From contig CAVSIV010000006.1 of the NCBI GenBank assembly GCA_963728205.1, forward strand, positions 1,568,001 to 1,632,000: a DNA stretch of 64,000 bases. Reading direction: 5' to 3'. This DNA comes from an uncultured Chloroflexia bacterium (GTDB taxonomy: Bacteria; Chloroflexota; Dehalococcoidia; UBA2979). The notes beneath the pieces were generated by a model. The model worked only from the letters and a program-made list of their open reading frames with translations. It did no database searches and was not told the DNA's origin. Both the position numbers and the translations under genes were made by a program. Each line of letters begins with the position of its first letter. The first letter of the stretch is position 1. Below, piece by piece: positions 54,130 to 63,474 of this stretch.

Positions 54130-54681
54130 GTGGGCGTCGTCTACCACTTCAGCGAGGAGTCGGGCATCGCGGTCTTCGAGCCGCGCACGCCGGCGCATCG
54201 CCCGGAGGTCCAGCCGCTGGTGTGGGCAATCGACGCGTGGCACGCGCCGATGTACTTCTTCCCGCGCGAGTGCCCGCGCATCCTGTTCTGGCCGCTTCCG
54301 ACGACGACGTCCGCGGATCGCGCGCGGTTCTGGGGCGACCGCGACGCGCGGATGGTTGCCTGCGTCGAGTGGTCGTGGCTTCCGCGACTGCGTGAGACCC
54401 AGCTCTTTCGCTACGAATTTGACGACGCCGGCTTCGAGGAGCTGGCGGACGCCGGCATGCGCGTGCACCGCGGAACGGTCGCGCCGCGCGCGGTCGAGCC
54501 CGTAGGCAACCTGCTCGACGCACTGTGCGACGCGGAGGTCGAGTTGCGCCTCATGGCGGATCTGCTGCCGTTGCGCGGCATGTGGAACACGACGCTGCAC
54601 ACGTCGGGGATCCGGCTGCGCAATGCCGCAGGCTGGGACTACGTCGCCAGCCCGCCCTCGCCCAACATCGCGCGCGGCTGA
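54130..54681 (+). CDS. DUF6886-like protein of unknown function
   Basis: YHFSEE..I..FEPR, VWAID, YFFPRECPR and SGIRLRNA motifs. Confidence 0.7.
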   Translation: MGVVYHFSEESGIAVFEPRTPAHRPEVQPLVWAIDAWHAPMYFFPRECPRILFWPLPTTTSADRARFWGDRDARMVACVEWSWLPRLRETQLFRYEFDDAGFEELADAGMRVHRGTVAPRAVEPVGNLLDALCDAEVELRLMADLLPLRGMWNTTLHTSGIRLRNAAGWDYVASPPSPNIARG

Positions 54682-54685
54682 CGCC

Positions 54686-55255
54686 TCACGAGGCGCGCTC
54701 CTGCCCGTGGGAGCCGTCGTCCCCGCGTTCGCTGACATGGACGGCGAGCGGCTCCTTCCGGCTGCGGACGTACGCGACGGCGGCGGCGAAACGCCGGTCG
54801 TCGGGGAGCGGGCGCGTCGCCGCCGACCGCGTCCACCACTTGCCCCGCACGCCCGGCGCGTACCGGCGATCCTGGTTCAGCGCGCGGCTGGCGTACGACT
54901 TGAAGTCGCGGACCAGGTGCGTCGGAGGCGGATCGCCGTCGACCTCAACCACGATCTCGACGTGGCTCGCCATGACGGCCGCGGCATGCAGTGTCCACCC
55001 GTGGTGCGCCGCCGTGTCGAGGAACGACGCGAGGATGACCGCGGCGTCGTGTGGGCTCAGCCAGGTGGGCGGCTCGCGGAGCGCGCGGCGCATCTGGTCC
55101 GGCCGGCGCCGCTGGTCGTCCCAGTACGCGTTTCCGGCGGCCGGGCCGGCGACGCGGCCGTCGTCGAGCAGCCCCGGCGCCGCGCCGTCGCGCCTCTCCT
55201 CGGGCACCCAGGTGCCATATGTCGACCAGGTCAGCCACCAACGCCGTGTATCCAT
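54686..55255 (-). mobile_element. IS200/RAYT-like Y1 HUH transposase homologue with a variant HVE motif
   Basis: LTWSTYGTW, VMASHVEIVV, FKSYASRAL, WWTR and AAVAYV motifs; no terminal inverted repeats or tnpB seen. Confidence 0.8.
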
Positions 55256-55324
55256 GACGCGACCCTATGGAGCACGCGCTCGGCCGGCACCGGCGATCTT
55301 GCCGGGATGGCCCCGCAAGACCTC

Positions 55325-55353
55325 CGGCGCCCGCGACGTTGCGGGCGCCGCTT
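55325..55353. repeat. REP-like hairpin upstream of the transposase
   Basis: CGGCGCCCGC-GACGTT-GCGGGCGCCG-CTT; shares the AAG-CGGCG...CGCCG foot with family A. Confidence 0.65.
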
Positions 55354-55407
55354 CGCCGAGGCGTCGCCGTGCGCTACCCTCGCGCCGCCGCACCCCGAGG
55401 AGGACCC

Positions 55408-56058
55408 GTGAGCGATCGGCCGGCCATCGACCTGTTCGACGCCATCCACACGACGCGCGCGATGCGCTACCTGAAGCCCGACCCCATTCCCGCCGACGTC
55501 CTGCGCGAGATCCTGGACGCGGCGATCCGCGGGCCGTCGGGCGGCAACGCGCAGGGCTGGGGCTGGATCGTGGTCGCGGACCCCGATGTGAAGCGCCAGA
55601 TCGCCGACTGGTACCGCGAGGGCTGGCAGGCGGCGTACGGGAAGAACCGTGACGCCGAGCTGGAGCGTGCCGGCACCAGCGGACTCGGTCGGGCGAACTA
55701 CCTGTCCGCCGAGCACCTGGCGAATCACCTGGAGGACGCGCCGATCTGGGTCATGCCGGTGCTCCGCAATGCCGCCCCGCGGCCGTCAGCGCGCACCGGC
55801 TCGTCGATCTACGGGGCCGTCCAGAACCTGATGCTGGCCGCGCGCGCTTACGGCATCGGCAGCGTGCTCACCACGCTCTATGCCGGCCACGAAGACGACG
55901 TGAAGCGCCTGCTCGGCGTGCCCGACGACGCGCTGACGATGGCGCTCATCCCGATGGGGTACCTGGAGCGCGGGCGCTTTTCAGAGCCGCAGCGGCGGCC
56001 CGTCGAGGAGGTGGCGTACTGGGACCACTGGGGCCAGCCGTTCGCGGCCGGCGACTAG
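55408..56058 (+). CDS. Nitroreductase family protein
   Basis: TTRAMRYLKPDPIP, PSGGNAQGW and VQNLMLAARAYGIG motifs. Confidence 0.92.
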   Translation: MSDRPAIDLFDAIHTTRAMRYLKPDPIPADVLREILDAAIRGPSGGNAQGWGWIVVADPDVKRQIADWYREGWQAAYGKNRDAELERAGTSGLGRANYLSAEHLANHLEDAPIWVMPVLRNAAPRPSARTGSSIYGAVQNLMLAARAYGIGSVLTTLYAGHEDDVKRLLGVPDDALTMALIPMGYLERGRFSEPQRRPVEEVAYWDHWGQPFAAGD

Positions 56059-56083
56059 CCGGCGCCCCGCCTCCGCTCCGCGC

Positions 56084-57472
56084 ATGCCCCGCTCCTGGCG
56101 TCCGCCGATGCCGTCGCTCCGTCGCGATCCACGCGATTGGATTCGTCACGCGCTTGGCGCGCCGTCGGGTGCGCTGCTGGGCAGCGTCGTCGCCGTGGGT
56201 ATTGTCGGCGGCGCGGTCGGAGCCCTCTATGTGGGGGCGCTGCGGCTGCTGGAGCGCGTCCTCTGGCCGACGCACTGGTCGAACGTCCAGCACCTCGGGA
56301 TCCTGCTCGCCGTCGGCGCGTCGGTCGGACTGCTGACGCGCGTGCTCGGGAGCCCCGGCGACGTCGAGCTGATGGTCGACAACATCCACGTCATGGGTGG
56401 ACCGGACGACGTGCGCGACCTGCGCTCGCTGATCCCGGTGTCGCTGCTCTGCATCGCGGCCGGTGGGGCGATGGGGCCCGAGGCGCCGCTGGTGCAGACC
56501 TGCGGCTCGCTGGGCACCTGGCTTGCGCGGCGCTGGCGGCTCAGCGTCCCGGACACCCGCACGCTCACGATCACCGGCATGGCAGCGGCGTTCACGGTCC
56601 TGTTCGGCGCGCCGCTCGGGTCTGCCGTGTTCGCGCTCGAGATCCTGCACCGGCGCGGCCTGGAGTATTACGAGGCGCTGATTCCCGCGGTGCTCGGCGC
56701 CCTCGCGGGCTACGCCGTCTACGTGGGTGTCACCGGGCTCGGGCTCGAGCCGGTGTGGACCTTCCCCGCCGTCGGCACGCTGCACGACGTCGACGTGCTG
56801 TGGGCCGCCGGGTGCGGCGTCGCCGGCGCGGGAGTCGCCGTGCTGTTCACCTACGTCAGCCGCGTGCTCCGCTGGCTCTTCCGGCGCGTGCCCCCGACCG
56901 CGCGTCCCGTGATCGGAGCGCTCGTCCTCGGCGGCCTCGCCTTCGCGTCGCCCTACGCGCTGACGTTCGGCGAGGCGCAGGTGAACACCATCGCGGCGGG
57001 GCGAGCCGCGGCACTCGTGTTCCTCCTGGCCGCCGCCGCGAAGCTGGCCGGGACGAGCGTCACGCTGTCGTCCGGCTGGCGCGGGGGCTTCATCATCCCG
57101 CTGTTCTTCATCGGAGCGGCGCTCGGCCGCTTCGGGCACGCGCTCGTTCCGAGCACGAACGAGGCGGTCCTGATGACCGCGCTGATGGCGTCGATCAACG
57201 TCGGGGTGACGAAGACGACCCTCGGCAGCACGCTGGTGGTAAGCGAGATGTCCGGCGTCCTGCTGGTGCCGACCACGGTGCTCGCGGCCGTGATCGCGCT
57301 CTTCCTCACGAGCCAGGTCGGCCTGATCGAGACGCAGCGGGTGCGTGAGGGCGCCTTCGAGGGCGACGCGGACCCGACGGCCGACCCCGGCCGCGGCGCA
57401 CACGGACGTGTCCCGGCGGCGCATCCACGCGGGACGCGCCCGGCGCCGTCGGCCGCCGAGCGCGACTCCTAG
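56084..57472 (+). CDS. ClC family chloride channel/antiporter
   Basis: GGAMGPEAP, LFGAPLGSAVFALE and GGFIIPLF motifs. Confidence 0.9.
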   Translation: MPRSWRPPMPSLRRDPRDWIRHALGAPSGALLGSVVAVGIVGGAVGALYVGALRLLERVLWPTHWSNVQHLGILLAVGASVGLLTRVLGSPGDVELMVDNIHVMGGPDDVRDLRSLIPVSLLCIAAGGAMGPEAPLVQTCGSLGTWLARRWRLSVPDTRTLTITGMAAAFTVLFGAPLGSAVFALEILHRRGLEYYEALIPAVLGALAGYAVYVGVTGLGLEPVWTFPAVGTLHDVDVLWAAGCGVAGAGVAVLFTYVSRVLRWLFRRVPPTARPVIGALVLGGLAFASPYALTFGEAQVNTIAAGRAAALVFLLAAAAKLAGTSVTLSSGWRGGFIIPLFFIGAALGRFGHALVPSTNEAVLMTALMASINVGVTKTTLGSTLVVSEMSGVLLVPTTVLAAVIALFLTSQVGLIETQRVREGAFEGDADPTADPGRGAHGRVPAAHPRGTRPAPSAAERDS

Positions 57473-57491
57473 GGCGCGACCCTCCGCCGGC

Positions 57492-57668
57492 CTACTCCGC
57501 GGGCACGAGGCAGGTGGAGTGCCCGCAGGTGCAGACCTCGGCGCCGAGGCTGCACTGGCAGTTCGGGCCGCACTCGCCGCCGCCGACGATGCCCAGCCGC
57601 GTGAGCGCCTGGTAGGTGAGGCCGGCGAAGGCGCCGAGCAGCAGGACGTTGCGGATGAAGCGTCGCAT
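57492..57668 (-). CDS. 58-aa membrane-anchored Cys-rich (metallothionein-like) microprotein
   Basis: MRRFIRNVLLLGAFAGLTYQALTRLGIVGGGECGPNCQCSLGAEVCTCGHSTCLVPAE; SD GAGGGG; high GC3 codon pattern. Confidence 0.75.
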   Translation of the reverse strand: MRRFIRNVLLLGAFAGLTYQALTRLGIVGGGECGPNCQCSLGAEVCTCGHSTCLVPAE

Positions 57669-57784
57669 CGAGTGATCCCCTCGGTCAGCGGGTCTGGTGT
57701 GGACGTCCGGGAGGCAGGGTCGCCGGCGAGGCGACGGCGCGCCGCGGCGGAGTGAGCCTGCGCCCCATTGTGGCAGCGGACGCG

Positions 57785-59665
57785 CTAGCTGCCAGTTCCA
57801 CCGTCGCCCCCCGCGTGCGCGGTCTCCGTGACGGCCGCTGCCACGCCCGCGCCGCCGTCCGCCTGCTCGGAGAACTGCTCGCGATAGAGCGACGCGTACA
57901 GCCCCTCGCGCAGCAGCAGCTCCGCGTGCGTGCCGCGCTCGACGATGCGCCCGCGGTCGAGCACGAGGATCTGATCGGCGGCGACGACCGTGGAGAGCCG
58001 GTGCGCGATCACAACCGTCGTGCGCCCCTCCGCGAGCTTCGCCGTCGCCTCGCGGATCTCGCGCTCGAGGCGCGAGTCGAGCGACGACGTCGCCTCGTCG
58101 AGGATCAGCACCGGCGGGTCCTTGAGGATCGCGCGCGCGATCGCCACGCGCTGCTTCTCGCCGCCGGAGAGCCGGTAGCCGCGCTCGCCCACCAGCGTCT
58201 CGAGGCCGTCGGGCAGCCGCTCGATCATCGACTCCAGCCCCGCCGCGCGCGCCGCCTGCCAGACCTCGTCGTCCGTCGCGTCGAGCCGCCCGTAGCGGAC
58301 GTTGTCCATGAGCGTGGTGTGGAAGAGGTAGGTGTCCTGCATCACGGTGCCGACCGCCGCGCTGATCGACCCGAGCGTGAGGTCGCGCAGGTCGTGCCCG
58401 TCCAGCCGCACGACGCCGGTCTGTGGGTCGTAGTAGCGCTGCAGCAGGTAGGTGACCGTCGTCTTGCCGGCGCCCGACGGCCCGACCAGCGCGATCATCT
58501 GCCCCGGCGCCGCCTCGAACGAGACGCCGTCGAGCGCCGGCCGGCCGCGCGTGCCGTACGCGAAGTGCACGTCCTCGAACGCCAGCCCACCGCGCGGGTG
58601 CGTCAGCGCCACGGCGTCGGGCCGCTCGTCGACCTCCACCGGCAGGTCCATGTACTCGAAGACGCGCTCGAAGAGCGCGAGCGACGACAGCACCGTGGTG
58701 TTGATGCGCGCGATCTGGCGGAACGGCGTGAACACGCGCTGCGTGAGGTACGCGAACGCGACGACCTGACCGATGTCGATGCTCCCGCCGAGCACGAACG
58801 TCCCGCCCAGCCAGTACACGACCGCCACCGAGATCGACCCGAAGAGGTCGGTCGCCATGTTGAACCACTGGCCGGCGAGCATGCGCTGGATCGACAGCCG
58901 CCGCAGGCGATCGTTCGACCCGAGGAAGCGCGCCGACTCGTGCCCCTGCCGCCCGAACGTCTTCACGAGCATCGCGCCGGAGACCGAGAGCGTCTCCTCG
59001 AGGTGCGCCGACATCTCGGCGGCCTCCTCCTGCCACTCGCGCATCAGGCGGCGCTGCACGTTGCCGACGCGCAGCGTCGGCCACACCCAGATCGGCAGCA
59101 CGACGAGCGCCATCAGCGCCATGCGCCACTCGAGCGCGAACATGAAGCCGAGCGCGACGACCAGCGTGACGAGGTTCGTGAGGAAGTCGGTGAACGTCGA
59201 CGTCACCGCCTGCTGCATCGTGTTCACGTCGGTGACGATGCGCGAGAGGATCTCGCCGGTGCGGGTCGCGGTGTAGAAGCGCACCGAGAGCCGCTGCAGG
59301 TGCGCGTGGAGATGCGCGCGCACGTTGAACATCACGCCCTGGCCGATGGTCTGGTTGATGTAGCCCAGGACCACGCCCAGGACGCCGGCGGCGACGTACA
59401 GCACGACGATCGCGGCGAAGGTCACCGTCACGGAGTGCACGCTGCCGGGGATCGCGCCCGTGCCGTGGATCGGCGTCACCTGCGAGACGATGCGCGCGAT
59501 CAGCAGCGCCGGAGCCAGGTTGAGCACCGACGTGATCACGATCAGCACGAAGAGCCCCGCGAAGAGCCAGCGGAACGGGCGGAACAGCCCGACGGTGCGG
59601 CGGAAGATGTCGAGCTTGGCGCCCTGCGGCTTCTCCTGGCCGAGGTGCATGCGGCGCATCATCAT
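57785..59665 (-). CDS. ABC exporter, fused permease and ATPase
   Basis: Transmembrane domain plus GPSGAGKT, LSGGEKQR, DEATS and AHRLST motifs. Confidence 0.93.
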   Translation of the reverse strand: MMMRRMHLGQEKPQGAKLDIFRRTVGLFRPFRWLFAGLFVLIVITSVLNLAPALLIARIVSQVTPIHGTGAIPGSVHSVTVTFAAIVVLYVAAGVLGVVLGYINQTIGQGVMFNVRAHLHAHLQRLSVRFYTATRTGEILSRIVTDVNTMQQAVTSTFTDFLTNLVTLVVALGFMFALEWRMALMALVVLPIWVWPTLRVGNVQRRLMREWQEEAAEMSAHLEETLSVSGAMLVKTFGRQGHESARFLGSNDRLRRLSIQRMLAGQWFNMATDLFGSISVAVVYWLGGTFVLGGSIDIGQVVAFAYLTQRVFTPFRQIARINTTVLSSLALFERVFEYMDLPVEVDERPDAVALTHPRGGLAFEDVHFAYGTRGRPALDGVSFEAAPGQMIALVGPSGAGKTTVTYLLQRYYDPQTGVVRLDGHDLRDLTLGSISAAVGTVMQDTYLFHTTLMDNVRYGRLDATDDEVWQAARAAGLESMIERLPDGLETLVGERGYRLSGGEKQRVAIARAILKDPPVLILDEATSSLDSRLEREIREATAKLAEGRTTVVIAHRLSTVVAADQILVLDRGRIVERGTHAELLLREGLYASLYREQFSEQADGGAGVAAAVTETAHAGGDGGTGS

Positions 59666-60027
59666 CGGTGGCCGCCTCGGCGCGGCGCCGGCGCGTCCGG
59701 TGTGTGGGGCTCGCGCGGCTCGCCTGGCTCGCGCGGCACGAGGTCGATGCGCAGCTCGTAGCCCAGGACGCGCGCGGCGGCGGCCAGCGTGTCGATGCGC
59801 GGGCTGCGGCGGCCGCTCTCGATGTCGCTCACGATGCTCTGGGGGCGCCCCAGGCGCTCGGCGAGCTCGGCCTGCGTGACGCCGGCCGCCTTGCGCAGGC
59901 GGATCAGCTCGGCGACGGCCTCGTAGCGGGGGCGCAGGCGCTCGTACTCCTCGCGCACCTCGGGGTGCTCGGAGAGCAGCAGCTCGTGGGCGTGGTCGGC
60001 GGGCGTGCGCCGGTCGCGGGTGGCCAT
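59662..60027 (-). CDS. XRE family HTH protein (antitoxin-like)
   Basis: VREEYERL, LRKAAGVTQAELAERLG and IESG motifs; stop overlaps the ABC start. Confidence 0.88.
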   Translation of the reverse strand: MATRDRRTPADHAHELLLSEHPEVREEYERLRPRYEAVAELIRLRKAAGVTQAELAERLGRPQSIVSDIESGRRSPRIDTLAAAARVLGYELRIDLVPREPGEPREPHTPDAPAPRRGGHR

Positions 60028-60051
60028 GGGCGGGTCCTTCGGTCATCGGCA

Positions 60052-60068
60052 TATCGGATATTTCGATA
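60052..60068. promoter_or_regulatory. Putative XRE operator
   Basis: AT-rich palindrome TATCGGA-TAT-TTCGATA, 24 bp upstream of the XRE start. Confidence 0.5.
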
Positions 60069-60246
60069 CGTCGAAGTCTAGCACCGCGCGGCGACGGCGG
60101 GCCGGTAGGATTCGCGGGACGATGGTGCACGCTTCGAGCGGCACGCGGTGAGCGTGCTGAGGACGAACGCGACTCAGCGCCTTCACCAGGCGCCGCTCGA
60201 AGCCGGCGTTCTGCGCGGAGCGGATCCGCGAGCGGAGGGAGACGGC

Positions 60247-61167
60247 ATGGCCGGCAGCGTCGGGTTCATCGGGCTCGGGATCATGGGCGCGCCGATGGCG
60301 CGCAACCTGCTGCGCGCCGGGCACGGCGTCGTCGCGTGGAACCGCTCGCCGGGGCCGCTCGACGCGGCGATCGCCGACGGGGCGGAGCGGGGCGCCAGCC
60401 CGGCCGATGTCGCGGCACGCGCCGACGTCGTGATCACGTGCGTGACCGCGAGCGACGACGTCGAAGCGGTCGTGCTCGGCACCGACGCCTGGCCCGGGGT
60501 GATCGAGGGCGTGCGCGCCGGCTCCGTCGTCGTCGACATGTCGACCATCTCGCCGGCCGTCACGCAGCGCCTCGCGGAGCGGCTCGGCGCTCGCGGGGTG
60601 CTGATGCTCGACGCGCCGATCTCGGGCGGCGAGCAGGGCGCGATCGCCGGCACGCTGTCGATCATGGTGGGCGGGCCGGCCGAGGCGCTGGAGCGCGCGC
60701 GGCCGCTGTTCGACGTGATGGGCAGCCGCGTCACGCACTGCGGGCCGTCGGGCGCCGGCCAGACGGTGAAGCTGTGCAACCAGATCGCGGTCGTGCTCAA
60801 CAACCTCGCGATGGCTGAGGCGCTCGTCTTCTGCCAGCGGTCGGGCGTCGACCCGGGCGTGATGCTCGAGGCGATCTCGGCCGGCGCGGCGGGGTCGTGG
60901 CAGATCTCGAACCTCGGCCCGAAGGTCGTCGCGCGCGACTTCGCGCCGGGGTTCAAGGTCGGGCTGCAGCAGAAAGACCTGCGGCTGGCGCTGGAGGCGG
61001 CCGACGAGTTGCAGGTACCGCTCGCCGGCACGTCGCTCGTGCACCAGCTGTTCGCGGCGGTGGAGCGGGCGCACGGCGCCGACGTGGGGACGCAGGCGCT
61101 GGTGCGCGCGCTGGAGACGCTGGCGGTGACTGAGGTGGGCTCGGGCCGCGGCGAACGCAGGGCATGA
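60247..61167 (+). CDS. Beta-hydroxyacid dehydrogenase (2-hydroxy-3-oxopropionate reductase / MmsB family)
   Basis: GFIGLGIMG, DAPISGG, KLCNQ and KDL motifs. Confidence 0.92.
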   Translation: MAGSVGFIGLGIMGAPMARNLLRAGHGVVAWNRSPGPLDAAIADGAERGASPADVAARADVVITCVTASDDVEAVVLGTDAWPGVIEGVRAGSVVVDMSTISPAVTQRLAERLGARGVLMLDAPISGGEQGAIAGTLSIMVGGPAEALERARPLFDVMGSRVTHCGPSGAGQTVKLCNQIAVVLNNLAMAEALVFCQRSGVDPGVMLEAISAGAAGSWQISNLGPKVVARDFAPGFKVGLQQKDLRLALEAADELQVPLAGTSLVHQLFAAVERAHGADVGTQALVRALETLAVTEVGSGRGERRA

Positions 61168-61225
61168 GCCCGCCGCGCGCGGGCCGCGTGGCTGCGGGAG
61201 CGGGCATGCGCCGCGGCCGGCCCCG

Positions 61226-62176
61226 CTACGCGGCCCGCAGCAGCGGCACGAACACCCGCAGCAGGCGCGGCTCGAAGCCACCGTCGGTGACCATCTCGCT
61301 CAACGCCTCGTACGCGGAGCGCGTCGGGCGGTAGGGGCGGTCGGCCGTCATCGCGCTGAAGGCGTCGGCGATTGCGACGTAGCGTGCTTCGACGGGGATC
61401 TCGCGGCCCGGCCGCTGCTCCGGGTAGCCCGAGCCGTCCCAGCGCTCGTGATGGTGCAGCGCGCCGCGCACCGCCTGCGCCAGCACGACGCCCGACTCCC
61501 GCAGCCGCTCCGCGGAGCGCTTCGGGTGACGCAGCATGCGCTCCCACTCCTCGTCGGTGAGCGGGCCCCGGCGGTCGATCGTCTCGCCGGCGAGCTCGAC
61601 CTTCCCCACGTCGGCGAACAGCCCGCCGAGCGCGACGCCGGTGAGCCGCTCGAGGTCGTCGACGCCGTCGGCCGCCGCGAGCGCGACGGCGACGATGGCG
61701 GTGGCGACGGCGTGGCTCGCCGCCGTGTACGCGCCGCCGAGCAGGGCGTTGAGCGCGCCGAACGCGGCGGGGTCGCGTCGCACGAATGACGCAAGCTCCC
61801 GCGCGAGGTAGACGAGGTCGCGGCTCGCTCCGGGCTCGTCGAGCGCGGTGACGCCTGCCGCCGCGCCGAGCAGCGTGCGGTGGAGCGCCCACGCGCGGTC
61901 GTCGAGCGGCACGGCGTCGGCGGCGAGGATCGCGTGGAGGTGCGTGCGGAGGTAGTCGCGCAGCGCGCCGGAGTCGAAGGTGGAGACGTAGAGATCGTCG
62001 CCGGCGTCGCCGGCGTCGTCGGCCGCGCCGGCACGCGCGCCGTCGAGCGACTCCAGTGGCGCGCGCGCGCCGGTCGCGGTGAACACGATGAACGGCGGCA
62101 GCCGGTCGGCGGCGAAGATGCCGGTCGGAACCGGGGTGTGGCGCGCGGTGGGGAGCGGTGTCGGCTCCTCGGGCAC
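61226..62176 (-). CDS. HD-GYP domain protein with HD replaced by AD
   Basis: FADVGK, HP, HHERWDGSGYP and ADAFSAMTADRPY motifs; start uncertain (alternative 62308). Confidence 0.85.
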   Translation of the reverse strand: MPEEPTPLPTARHTPVPTGIFAADRLPPFIVFTATGARAPLESLDGARAGAADDAGDAGDDLYVSTFDSGALRDYLRTHLHAILAADAVPLDDRAWALHRTLLGAAAGVTALDEPGASRDLVYLARELASFVRRDPAAFGALNALLGGAYTAASHAVATAIVAVALAAADGVDDLERLTGVALGGLFADVGKVELAGETIDRRGPLTDEEWERMLRHPKRSAERLRESGVVLAQAVRGALHHHERWDGSGYPEQRPGREIPVEARYVAIADAFSAMTADRPYRPTRSAYEALSEMVTDGGFEPRLLRVFVPLLRAA

Positions 62177-62378
62177 AACGGTTCCTTCCGCTGTTCGAGG
62201 CGGGGGTGCACCGGGATCATCGGCAGGCGGCGCCGGGTGCTGAACGGACGATGGGCGTGCCTCGAGCGGCGCGCTCGCCGCGTGCCGCTCGAAGCCTGCT
62301 TCCGTCATGCCGGGGTCACTGCTGCTAAGATGCCCGGCGCGACAAACAGACTGTATGTAACCCAGAGGGGGTAGGGGA

Positions 62379-63464
62379 ATGAAAGCCGCCGTACTGAACG
62401 AGGTCCGTACGCCGCTGGCGATCGAGGACCTGACGATCGACGAGCCGGGGACGGGTGAGGCGCTCGTGCGCGTCGTCGCCGCGGGCGTCTGCCACTCGGA
62501 CCTGCACTTCATCGAGGGCACCTACCCGGCGCGGCTCCCGCACGTCCTCGGGCACGAGGTGGCCGGCGTCGTGGAGCGCGTCGGCACGGGCGTGACGAAC
62601 GTGCAGGCCGGCGACCGCGTGATCCTGGGCTTCGTCCAGCCGTGCGGCTACTGCGAGTACTGCCAGTCGGGGCGCCCGAACCTCTGCCAGACGCGCACCA
62701 CGACGCGCGGACCGCAGAACCCCGCGCTCAAACGCGGCGATACGCCGGTCACGGCGATGACGAACGTCGGCGGCTTCGCGGAGTACTCGCTGACGCCGGC
62801 GGCCGGCCTCGTGAAGGTGCCGGACGGCATCGGGCTCGACGTCGCGGCGCTCGTGGGATGCTCGGTGATGACCGGTTACGGGGCCGTCGTGAACACGGCG
62901 AAGGTGGAGCCGGGCTCGACGGTCGCGGTGATCGGCACCGGCGGCGTCGGCCTGAACATCATCCAGGCGGCGCGGCTGGCGGGGGCGCGACAAATCATCG
63001 CGGTCGACCTGGTCGAGCACAAACTCGCGATGGCGAAGCAGTTCGGCGCGACCGACGGCGTGAACGGCGGCGAGGGCGACGCGGTGAAGCAGGTGAAGGA
63101 CCTCACCGGCGGCGGTGTCGACTTCGCATTCGAGGCGATCGGCCTCAAGCAGACGGCGCGGCAGGCGTACGACATGGCCCGCCGTGGCGGCACGGCGGTG
63201 GTCGTCGGGATGGTCCCGCCGATGGACCAGATCGAGGTGCCGGGGATGATCTGGCTCGAGGAGAAGACCTTCAAGGGCAGCTTCTACGGATCGGGCCGCT
63301 TCCACGTCGACATGCCGCGCATCCTCTCGCTGTACCAGCAGGGGAAGCTCGACCTGGAGTCGCTGGTGACACGGCGCTACCCGCTGGAGCAGATCAACGA
63401 CGCGTTCGACATGCTGAAGAGCGGCGAGGTCGCACGCTCGGTGCTGGAGATCGGCAGCGAGTAG
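62379..63464 (+). CDS. Zn-dependent alcohol dehydrogenase (class III-like)
   Basis: CHSD, GHE, CGYCEYC...C and GTGGVG motifs. Confidence 0.93.
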   Translation: MKAAVLNEVRTPLAIEDLTIDEPGTGEALVRVVAAGVCHSDLHFIEGTYPARLPHVLGHEVAGVVERVGTGVTNVQAGDRVILGFVQPCGYCEYCQSGRPNLCQTRTTTRGPQNPALKRGDTPVTAMTNVGGFAEYSLTPAAGLVKVPDGIGLDVAALVGCSVMTGYGAVVNTAKVEPGSTVAVIGTGGVGLNIIQAARLAGARQIIAVDLVEHKLAMAKQFGATDGVNGGEGDAVKQVKDLTGGGVDFAFEAIGLKQTARQAYDMARRGGTAVVVGMVPPMDQIEVPGMIWLEEKTFKGSFYGSGRFHVDMPRILSLYQQGKLDLESLVTRRYPLEQINDAFDMLKSGEVARSVLEIGSE

Positions 63465-63474
63465 GAACCGGTCG

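Noticed and set aside
56084-57472. Fluoride-specific CLC with a riboswitch
   Set aside because: It lacks the GNNLI and GREGT signatures, and the intergenic gap is too short for a riboswitch.
61157-61182. Partial match to family B (AGCCCGCCGCGCGC)
   Set aside because: Only one arm matches and it overlaps a stop codon, so it could be chance in GC-rich DNA.
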